Below, in pieces: positions 1 to 7,784 of a DNA stretch of 20,223 nucleotides. A program made the position numbers and the translations under genes. Positions within the stretch are counted from its first letter, which is position 1; every line of letters starts with the position of its first letter. Location of the stretch: assembly GCA_038886535.1 (NCBI GenBank), contig JAVZXS010000009.1, positions 1 to 20,223 on the forward strand, written 5' to 3'. The notes beneath the pieces were generated by a model that made no database searches, was not told the origin of the DNA, and saw only the letters and a list, made by a program, of their open reading frames with translations. Origin of the DNA: Candidatus Micrarchaeia archaeon (lineage in GTDB: Archaea > Micrarchaeota > Micrarchaeia > CABMEP01).

Positions 1-1674
1 GAAATTTCAGAGATAAGTTATAGTTCTGATAATAATGGCACATTAACAATTAAGCTCAAAAGGGAAGATGGCTTCAGGGAATTAACAATTGATAATTATG
101 GAATAGCGACAAGTAATAATTATAAAGGGAATGGATTGGACCATTGGTGGGGAATATATTACGGGGAATTACAGAATATAGCAGGTGCTTATAAATATGC
201 TTATGCTTATTATAATTCAAAAACAGGGCATATGAGCAATTTATCACCTATTGCTGAAATCAGAAGTCCATATAAGAAATTTAATATCTGTATTACAAGC
301 TGGAATAATTTAGCCGATAATGACCCGAATTATAGTTATGAATATGACACAATAATATTTTTCAGGAGTGTAGATGGGGGAGTGCTATTATACGAAACAG
401 GGAGAATATCCTCTACCTTTACTCCGAGCGGTTATAATGATTATTATTATGATAACAAATTAGATACAGAAATTGGACCCACAATAGGTGAACAATACTA
501 CAATGCACCTCCACCTGAATTTCTGGCAATAGAAGAATGGAACGGAAGAATATGGGGTATATCTGCTTTGGAAAGAGATAAACTTTATTATTCTATGGAC
601 GAAATACAGCTGGCTTCAAGGAGCAATTGCGGGAGAGCGGAAGAATGTTATCCTGCAACAAATTATCTTGTGATACCTGCGGAGGACGGGAAAATAACAG
701 GAATAAAAAAGGCAGGGGATTATCTATATGTGGCAACAGATGTTAGTTTATATGTGGTGGTTGGTTCCGATGAAATGACTTTTTCTTTGGAGAAAATATT
801 TTCAGGACACGGGATAAAGCAGGAAGCAATGTGTGAATATTCTGGTATATTAAGCAGGAGACCAGGATTGTTTTTCATATCAAATAATTATCAGGCATTC
901 GTTATAACTCCAGATATAATTAAAAATGTTGGAGAACCGATAGAAGATTTATTAAAAGAAGCATCATATTCAAATTCAGAAGTGAGTGTCTATAAAATTA
1001 ACACGGCTCTCTCAAATAGTTTTTCAATATATTCAAACATTTATTATGAAAGCATAAAAGCAAGAAATTATATCATAGTCAGCTTTTTGAATTCCAATGG
1101 AGCAAGAAAAAACTATGTTTATGACCTTGAATTTGATGAATGGTATGAGATGGATTTTAGGTATGGGAGCGGGGCAGGTGATATATTATGCCCATTTTTT
1201 GCTACAACAAATATCTTTGGTATTCCAATAGCCGTAGGAGCATATATAGATTTAAGCACAAATTATTATTTAACACCTGTTGCAATATTCAATGATTACT
1301 ATCATCTTGATGATGGCATTTCTTACGATGCATATATCAGAACAAGCTGGCTTGATTTTGATAATAGGGAATTATTTAAAGCATTGGTGATGGGAAAAAT
1401 CTTTACCCCATCAATTGGAGCATTTACAACGACATTATTTAAAGATGAAGAGAGCACTCCTATTACATTAAAAAGCTCAAATTATTCTATACAGGAATAT
1501 CCTTATCAGGAAGGTAAAGAATATAGTTTAATATATTTAAATAGAGATGCTTCACAAATAATGGGACATTTATTTAGCGTTAGAATTATGTATCCAAATA
1601 CTGCTCCAAAAGAGCAAATATACAATTTACAGTTCCTTTTCCAGCGTATAGGAGTGGACCCAAATGAGCGGTGA
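1..1674 (+). CDS. Phage tail nozzle/stabilisation-like protein (P22 gp10 / tail tubular B-like position), 5'-truncated
   Basis: Frame 1 is open from base 1 (EISEISYSSDNNG...), so the TTG at 136 is not the real start. The product is Tyr/Asn-rich and beta-strand-like. Segments 'YKYAYAYYNSKTGHMSNLSP', 'IFFRSVDGG', 'NAPPP..IEEWNGRIWG..LYYS..E.YP..NY..DGKITG' and C-terminal 'AYIRTSWLDFD' resemble phage beta-propeller tail proteins. It lies upstream of the ejection-protein genes. Confidence 0.6.
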   Translation, partial: EISEISYSSDNNGTLTIKLKREDGFRELTIDNYGIATSNNYKGNGLDHWWGIYYGELQNIAGAYKYAYAYYNSKTGHMSNLSPIAEIRSPYKKFNICITSWNNLADNDPNYSYEYDTIIFFRSVDGGVLLYETGRISSTFTPSGYNDYYYDNKLDTEIGPTIGEQYYNAPPPEFLAIEEWNGRIWGISALERDKLYYSMDEIQLASRSNCGRAEECYPATNYLVIPAEDGKITGIKKAGDYLYVATDVSLYVVVGSDEMTFSLEKIFSGHGIKQEAMCEYSGILSRRPGLFFISNNYQAFVITPDIIKNVGEPIEDLLKEASYSNSEVSVYKINTALSNSFSIYSNIYYESIKARNYIIVSFLNSNGARKNYVYDLEFDEWYEMDFRYGSGAGDILCPFFATTNIFGIPIAVGAYIDLSTNYYLTPVAIFNDYYHLDDGISYDAYIRTSWLDFDNRELFKALVMGKIFTPSIGAFTTTLFKDEESTPITLKSSNYSIQEYPYQEGKEYSLIYLNRDASQIMGHLFSVRIMYPNTAPKEQIYNLQFLFQRIGVDPNER

Positions 1675-4600
1675 TAGTATAGTTCCAACAATTCCTCCAC
1701 CATCACCCCCATCTTCTGGTGGAGGGGAGCCAAAGAATGATAGATATGGGAGTGGAGGATATTTTTCGGGTGGAGATAATTCTGGAAGGGGAGGAAAAGG
1801 GGGTGGATTTACCGAGCCACTACCATATTTTAGAATAATTAGAAGGCACGGGCACTATTATTGGTATGTAAATTTCAGATATGAGCCTCATTGGGGCGAA
1901 TATTCTGTATGCATATATCATATTAGGACAAATGTAGATTGGCAGGACTTAAGCAATGATGAAAAGCAAAAAATATACGATATGGCAGAATTGGTATGGG
2001 AAGTGGCAAATGATACATCAAAAGAGAAAAGATTTAGTGAATACTATAAATCAATAGATGATAAATACCAGAATGGATATTATTTTGCGAGAGCAAAAGT
2101 AAAGGATAAGCTTGGAAAACCCACTGTATGCCAGCCATTTCCTGTTGAAGGGACTTTTGTTATACCTGACAAATTAAAAAGTTTTTATATAGAAGAAAGT
2201 CCTTATTATGTTAACAATTATACAAATCCTGTTAGTTGTCTAACAATTGCTTATTCACCTCCGCAAAATATGACTGGTTTTTGGGGCGTTAAATTATACA
2301 TACAGGGCTATCACGGGGATAATGAAATCAGGGAACTGGCGATAAAGAAATATGATAAAACAAAAGGGGATATGGATATTTTTAATATTTTTTTAGAGCC
2401 AGATGATAATGTGCTATTAGAGAATTATATTGTTGGAGATAGCGAAGAAGAAAATTTTAATAACATAATGTTTCCTGTTAAAAGAGCATTTAAGGTTGAT
2501 TATATCAGCAATTCCCCGGAAGCAATACAAATTGAAATGTATGAATATAATTATCTGACAAGTCAATGGCAAGCCTCTGACCCAAATGGGAATTTTTATT
2601 TAGACAATAGAACAAGGATTGGGGATACAATTATATTGACTGCAGGGGGGTCAGGTCCAACTGGGTATGAGATTGAAGCAATAATTAAAGAATATGATGC
2701 CACATATCCGCACAGAAAGGCAAGGTGTATATTAAAGAATAATCCTTCTGATATAAATCCTCCCACTTATTCAGATGGCAGCATAAGTCCTTATTTAAAT
2801 TGGAAAGTGGTTAGTAGTTGTAAATTTTATTTAGTATCAATAAATGAATATGGATATCACGGCGATTTAGAAAGCGAAGCATTAGTCCAGTATTGTGCTC
2901 TGGATGGTTTGGAAAGTGCACCAGTTCCACCTTTGTCAGTAGAAGCTTATCAATGCGAAAATCAAAATGTAGTGTCTTTTATATATCCGCATACAGCCAT
3001 AGATTTTGATGACTTGGATAGTTTTAATATTTATAGATCAAAATCAAATGATTTAACCTGGCGAAAAATAGCAACAATTAAAGCAAAATCAAGTTATGAG
3101 ACAGGCTCACCTGTTGGCTCTTCAGAACCATATAAATATGTTGATGGTGATATGGCAAATTTATACTGGGATGGGCAGACCTGGAATTATGATATATATG
3201 TATGGTATGGGGTTGCAACAGTTGATAAAGCAGGGAGAGAGAGTATTATCCAGGTAGCAACGCATTATTTGATAGATGGAACTGTATCAGATGGAATACC
3301 TTTCAGGAGAGGGACAGGTGTTGATCATTCACCTGTGACAGTGGTAAGAGGGGAAGTGTTCAATTTGTTTTATAATTCTGAAGCAAGTTGGGATTATTTT
3401 TCAGGAGAAATTACGGGGACAGGAAATGCACATTATAATGATTGGGCACTTTGGGGACCTGATACGGAGGTGGCTCCTGGCTCTGGCACAATAGCACATC
3501 CAGGCGTTAGTATGACCTGGCTTGCTTCTTCCTTTAGGTTCAGGATTAATTTTTCTACAGCAAATGAAAGGAATAAATGGATAAGAATATTAACACAAAG
3601 TAATTCTACGCCAATACCTTCATCCTCCGATATTACATATCAGGTGCGTGATTATATTGGATTGGGGAGGGCTAAATTAATAATACCAGGGGTTCAATAT
3701 TATTGCAGAATAAATTACTTATTTGCACAATATACAAACAATTATTTATATATTTATCCAGACACCCAGGAATTGCCTGCTTTTGTATCAGATATATCCT
3801 TTTCAAAAGCAGAATATTTTATAAGCATTGCTCCCTATCAGCATTCGCTGCCGTTGCCAAATATATTTATTCACGAAGCAAATACATTAAATTATTTGGC
3901 TAATAAGCCATTATTCAGGAATGGCTGGATTTATATGCATAGTGGAAGTATGCCACCTGTATTTGAAAATGGAGTATTTGGTTTATATGCCCCAATAATA
4001 AGGCATTACTTAGAATTAACGAATAGCATAACAAATTTTAGTTTTACTTTAGGCTCCCATACTCTGGTATCAATTTCTGTATATGTAGAAATTCCCTTTA
4101 ATGGAACAAATAACAAGATAGATATAGGAGTATCTGGATGGCCTTATTATTTTATTAAGGATTTGGATGTATCTACAAGGGGCTGGAAATATTTTACATA
4201 TGAACACCCATTACCTTATTCTACTTCAGGAGTAACTTATGTGGGACAATATAAAGGAACTGGAGCAACGCAGGGAAGAGTGAATATTTATTTTGATGTT
4301 TATACATCTAATGTATCTGGTAGATGCTTATGGGAGCAAAGAATTAGGAAAAAGATAATTTATCCAGGTCAGGCAATAACATTTTCCTGTTTCCTTGCAC
4401 GAGATACTGTAATGAGTGCTGGGGGATTTAATTATGGAACTTTTAGTTTTTATATTAAACCAGAGACATATTATATTTTTGATGGTTATTTTAGTATGCC
4501 TTCTATGGATGATTATCAGGCAAGTATATCACTAAATGCTTGCAAAAATAGAACAGTGGGTGGGAATTTACAATATGAATATATAGTATTATATGGAGAA

Positions 4601-5236
4601 GTTCCTACAAATTATAATTGGGATAATGTAAAATATGTGAGAATGGGGGTGATAGCGGATTGGGGTCAAAATGATGCTAAATATAATTATATAATGACAA
4701 AACCAATGTTAAATTATGGCAATGAGGCAGCACCATATACAAATAAAAACCAGCCCGATAGATTAACTATGTATTCACCAAGCGAATATATTCCAGGCAA
4801 TACACCACCAAACCACGATGAAGATGACCCTATGTGTCTTGCTGAAGGTCAATATGTTATAATGTGGAATGGAGAAATGAAGCGGATTGAGGAATTAAAG
4901 ATTGGGGAAATGGTTAGGAGCATAGGAATGACAAGCACAATTAAGCATATTGATAAAGCAATGGATAGAGAAACAATGGTATTTATAATGGAAGGAAATC
5001 ATATATTAGAATGCACCCCAGAGCATTTATGTTTGACAGATATATTTATGCCAAAACCAGCAAAAGATATTAAAATTGGGGATGCTATGCTTACTATGGA
5101 TAACAAAAAAATAAGAGTTATGGATATAAGAAAGCGGAGAAATAATGTGTATAAAATTGAGACCTCTCTTCCTCACATTTTCTTGGTTAATGGCATATGG
5201 ACGCATAATGTAAAAGCAGGAGGAGGTGAATATTGA
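1664..5236 (+). CDS. Large tail/receptor-binding-like protein (1190 aa) with FN3-like domain, carbohydrate-binding-like region and C-terminal Hint domain
   Basis: Overlaps the upstream stop, with GGAG upstream. Pro/Gly-rich N-terminus; FN3-like segment 'APVPP...FNIYRS...WRKIA...YVD...YGVATVDKAGRES'; 'NLFYNSE...PMLNYGNEAAPY' bracket typical of phage tail CBM-like domains; intein motifs at the C-terminus. Confidence 0.75.
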   Translation: MSGDSIVPTIPPPSPPSSGGGEPKNDRYGSGGYFSGGDNSGRGGKGGGFTEPLPYFRIIRRHGHYYWYVNFRYEPHWGEYSVCIYHIRTNVDWQDLSNDEKQKIYDMAELVWEVANDTSKEKRFSEYYKSIDDKYQNGYYFARAKVKDKLGKPTVCQPFPVEGTFVIPDKLKSFYIEESPYYVNNYTNPVSCLTIAYSPPQNMTGFWGVKLYIQGYHGDNEIRELAIKKYDKTKGDMDIFNIFLEPDDNVLLENYIVGDSEEENFNNIMFPVKRAFKVDYISNSPEAIQIEMYEYNYLTSQWQASDPNGNFYLDNRTRIGDTIILTAGGSGPTGYEIEAIIKEYDATYPHRKARCILKNNPSDINPPTYSDGSISPYLNWKVVSSCKFYLVSINEYGYHGDLESEALVQYCALDGLESAPVPPLSVEAYQCENQNVVSFIYPHTAIDFDDLDSFNIYRSKSNDLTWRKIATIKAKSSYETGSPVGSSEPYKYVDGDMANLYWDGQTWNYDIYVWYGVATVDKAGRESIIQVATHYLIDGTVSDGIPFRRGTGVDHSPVTVVRGEVFNLFYNSEASWDYFSGEITGTGNAHYNDWALWGPDTEVAPGSGTIAHPGVSMTWLASSFRFRINFSTANERNKWIRILTQSNSTPIPSSSDITYQVRDYIGLGRAKLIIPGVQYYCRINYLFAQYTNNYLYIYPDTQELPAFVSDISFSKAEYFISIAPYQHSLPLPNIFIHEANTLNYLANKPLFRNGWIYMHSGSMPPVFENGVFGLYAPIIRHYLELTNSITNFSFTLGSHTLVSISVYVEIPFNGTNNKIDIGVSGWPYYFIKDLDVSTRGWKYFTYEHPLPYSTSGVTYVGQYKGTGATQGRVNIYFDVYTSNVSGRCLWEQRIRKKIIYPGQAITFSCFLARDTVMSAGGFNYGTFSFYIKPETYYIFDGYFSMPSMDDYQASISLNACKNRTVGGNLQYEYIVLYGEVPTNYNWDNVKYVRMGVIADWGQNDAKYNYIMTKPMLNYGNEAAPYTNKNQPDRLTMYSPSEYIPGNTPPNHDEDDPMCLAEGQYVIMWNGEMKRIEELKIGEMVRSIGMTSTIKHIDKAMDRETMVFIMEGNHILECTPEHLCLTDIFMPKPAKDIKIGDAMLTMDNKKIRVMDIRKRRNNVYKIETSLPHIFLVNGIWTHNVKAGGGEY
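2918..3244 (+). other. Fibronectin type III-like domain within the 1190-aa protein
   Basis: Starts at APVPP (aa ~419), contains FNIYRS and WRKIAT, and ends in the FN3-type terminal motif Y-x-V-x-x-V-D-K-A-G-R-E-S. Confidence 0.65.
4835..5209 (+). other. Hint (Hedgehog/intein) domain, bacterial intein-like (BIL) type, aa 1058-1182
   Basis: Block A CLAEGQYV (Cys1), IEELKIGEMV, block B CTPEH (TxxH), block F VYKIETSLPHIFLVNG, block G WTHN. It is 125 aa with no homing endonuclease, and the +1 residue is Val. Confidence 0.9.
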
Positions 5237-5673
5237 TTACCTATAAAGATGCAAAGATATATACAATAAACTATAACAAAATCAATAAAGCATTTCAGGT
5301 ATTACTTGAATATGAAGGGTATATGATATGTATTGATGTTAAATGGAAGGAAAATGATACACAGGAACAATTTATTGAAAGAGCATATGCAGGAGCCCAA
5401 TTTTATACAGAGATAATGGAATACTTTACTGATGAAGATATAAAAATAGTAAATTTAATTGTTTATCCAGAGGTAAAAGATATATATAACTTTGCCATAA
5501 CGATAGGGAATAATTCTAACAGGAAAATAGGATATATAATGGCGACATCAAGCGATAGCAAGGATAGAATATTGACGAAGGCATTGGCTATTAAAAATAG
5601 TATGATGAAAGAAAGTATTGAAGAAAAAAGGAAAAAATTTATATTCAATATTAAGCAATATATAGGAGGATAA
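5233..5673 (+). CDS. Hypothetical protein (146 aa), coupled to the Hint-bearing tail gene
   Basis: TTG start overlapping the upstream TGA, preceded by a strong SD (GGAGGAGGTG). Fills the gap to the next gene exactly. Confidence 0.75.
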   Translation: MITYKDAKIYTINYNKINKAFQVLLEYEGYMICIDVKWKENDTQEQFIERAYAGAQFYTEIMEYFTDEDIKIVNLIVYPEVKDIYNFAITIGNNSNRKIGYIMATSSDSKDRILTKALAIKNSMMKESIEEKRKKFIFNIKQYIGG

Positions 5674-5674
5674 T

Positions 5675-6313
5675 ATGGGTTCTTCAAGGCGTTCAGCATA
5701 CGAGCAACAACTGGCAAGGGCAGCCCAGACACAAGCCGAAGAAGCGAAAAAATGGGGAGAACTTGCCAGACCTTATTATGAAAAGGCAATGAAGCAAATA
5801 TCATCACAACTTGATGAAGGATTTGGGGGATTACCGAAATATGTAAGGGAAGCATTTGAGACAATGGAAGGGCAGACAACTGAAGATTATGCTCTTGCAG
5901 GCAGGAAGGCAATAGCACAGCAACAGCAAATGCTTAAACAACAAGGAATTACAGGATTAAATCCAAGCGCACTTGCAATGCAACAAGGACTTATGCAGGA
6001 AAATCTTGCTATACAGCAAGCAAAAGCATTACAGGGATTAAGGATGCAGGAAGCAATGACTGGATTACAAACATCTATGGAACTAATAAATATGCTTAAA
6101 GGTGGAGGCTTGTCAGGAGCACAAATGGGATTAGGATATGGTGGACTGCAGGCAGATATGTTACAAACTCTTCTGCAAGGAGGCGGAGGAGACCCCTGGG
6201 GCAATGCTGCAGCAGGAGCGATAGCAGGAGCAGGTGCAGGTTCTAAAATATATCCAGGATGGGGAACTTTGATAGGGGCTCTATTAGGGGCTTATGCTGG
6301 TTATAGGAGTTGA
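5675..6313 (+). CDS. Putative DNA ejection/pilot protein (P22 gp7-like), Gln/Ala/Gly-rich with C-terminal glycine zipper
   Basis: SD GGAGG; MGS start; Q/A/M-rich helical body; C-terminal 'AAAGAIAGAGAGS..PGWGTLIGALLGAYAG' GxxxG zipper; first of three size-ascending genes after the tail genes. Confidence 0.65.
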   Translation: MGSSRRSAYEQQLARAAQTQAEEAKKWGELARPYYEKAMKQISSQLDEGFGGLPKYVREAFETMEGQTTEDYALAGRKAIAQQQQMLKQQGITGLNPSALAMQQGLMQENLAIQQAKALQGLRMQEAMTGLQTSMELINMLKGGGLSGAQMGLGYGGLQADMLQTLLQGGGGDPWGNAAAGAIAGAGAGSKIYPGWGTLIGALLGAYAGYRS

Positions 6314-6316
6314 GAA

Positions 6317-7783
6317 ATGAACTGGCAAAATTTATTAAATTTTATAAATTCATTTTCACAGGGAATAAATCAGGTAAGGGATACCAGACAGGGACAGGAA
6401 ATGCAAAATCTTGCAGAAAATTCCGAAATAACAATAAAAACAAGAGGAGATGAAGCAGATTTACAGATAAAAGGAATGCCGAAATCATTATTTATGGGCA
6501 CGAGGAATTTACAGCCAGATATAAATCAAATGTATAATATGAATGAACCGAAGAAATATGAGGAATTAAATCCAGTAGAAAAAGCAAAAATAGATGCACA
6601 GATAGAGATGGCAGGACAAGAACCAGAAGAACCAGAGAAGGGACTTATGGGATTTTTGAAATCAATCCCATTAGGAGGTTTTAGGTTTGATAGGAGATTG
6701 GGTTGGGGAAATGTGATAAATGCCTTAATAGCGGGGAGTATTGGGCAGGAAATGATTAAGGAAAAATATGAAAGGGAAAAGGAAAATTATATAAAAACAA
6801 AGAACCAGTTAGCAAGGCAATTGATGGAAGAGCAAATATCTCTGGAAGAATATACTCAAAAAATGAAGCAAAGAGAATTGGAACTTAAAAGATTAGAAGC
6901 AACTCAACAGGCATTGTATAAGCCAATTGATGTGGAACAATTTGGAGAACAGGTATTTGGAGATAAGGAACTGGCAAAAGATATGAGAGGACTTGCAATG
7001 ATGTTTGGATATGGTGAAATTAAAGATGGAAGGCATTATGTAAATCCATTGGAATTAAATATGATGGAGCAAAATATAAGACAAATATTTCCACAGGGAT
7101 TGCCTCAATGGATGTTAATGAGATTAAAAGGGAGATTAGCGGAAGCAAAAGGAGAAGAAAAAGCAAAATTAGAAAGTCAAATTAGTTTATTGGAACAATC
7201 AATGATAAATCCAACTGTGCTGGCACAATTGGAGAGAAGCAGGGAAAAACAGGCAAGTCAGGAAGAACTTGCCAATCAGCAACTTGCAAATAAAATGAAA
7301 TATGCCGATTATTTAAATCAATTAAAAAAAGAATATTATTTATGGAAAAAGGATATAGATAATAAAGAACAGAAAGGACAGGATATATCAGGAGATTTAC
7401 ATAAACAATATAATAATTATCTAAATCAATACAGGCAGATGGTAAATGTGGAAAGGAATTTTTTAAAAGAAGGAATAACAGATGAAAATAGAGAGGATTA
7501 TGAAAATGTCAAAGCATTCAAAATGGAATTGTTAAATAAGATTAAAGAGATAGAAGAAAGGATGAAGCAGTTAGAAAAACGGAATAAAGGAGCCACAACT
7601 ACGGCTTCTTCTTCTGGTTATGGGAAATTCAGGCAAGCATTTGTAAATTTTATTAAAAATCATCCAAATTTTTCAGAACAAGAAATACAAAATTATTTGT
7701 TGAGATATGCTAAATACAATAAACTTGATATTAAAGCAATAGAGGATTATTATAAGCAATTAAAATTGGAAACTGGGGGATGA
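6317..7783 (+). CDS. Putative internal virion/ejection protein (P22 gp20-like position), coiled-coil
   Basis: SD AGGAG; E/K/Q-rich helical sequence with one Gly-rich hydrophobic patch (GLMGFLKSIPLGG...GWGNVINALIAGSIG); synteny. Confidence 0.55.
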   Translation: MNWQNLLNFINSFSQGINQVRDTRQGQEMQNLAENSEITIKTRGDEADLQIKGMPKSLFMGTRNLQPDINQMYNMNEPKKYEELNPVEKAKIDAQIEMAGQEPEEPEKGLMGFLKSIPLGGFRFDRRLGWGNVINALIAGSIGQEMIKEKYEREKENYIKTKNQLARQLMEEQISLEEYTQKMKQRELELKRLEATQQALYKPIDVEQFGEQVFGDKELAKDMRGLAMMFGYGEIKDGRHYVNPLELNMMEQNIRQIFPQGLPQWMLMRLKGRLAEAKGEEKAKLESQISLLEQSMINPTVLAQLERSREKQASQEELANQQLANKMKYADYLNQLKKEYYLWKKDIDNKEQKGQDISGDLHKQYNNYLNQYRQMVNVERNFLKEGITDENREDYENVKAFKMELLNKIKEIEERMKQLEKRNKGATTTASSSGYGKFRQAFVNFIKNHPNFSEQEIQNYLLRYAKYNKLDIKAIEDYYKQLKLETGG

Positions 7784-7784
7784 T

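Noticed and set aside
4835..5209. Classical mobile (splicing) intein
   Set aside because: The +1 residue is Val rather than Cys/Ser/Thr, the C-terminal flank is only 8 aa, there is no homing endonuclease, and the domain is not inserted in a conserved enzyme motif.
5210..5236. C-terminal AGGGEY as a ubiquitin-like di-glycine conjugation tag
   Set aside because: The Gly codons (GGAGGAGGT) are the Shine-Dalgarno of the next gene, which explains them. No beta-grasp domain or E1/E2 genes are seen.
1664..5236. Diversity-generating retroelement target or invertible tail-fibre cassette
   Set aside because: No reverse transcriptase, invertase or second near-identical copy of any tail segment was noticed in the window.
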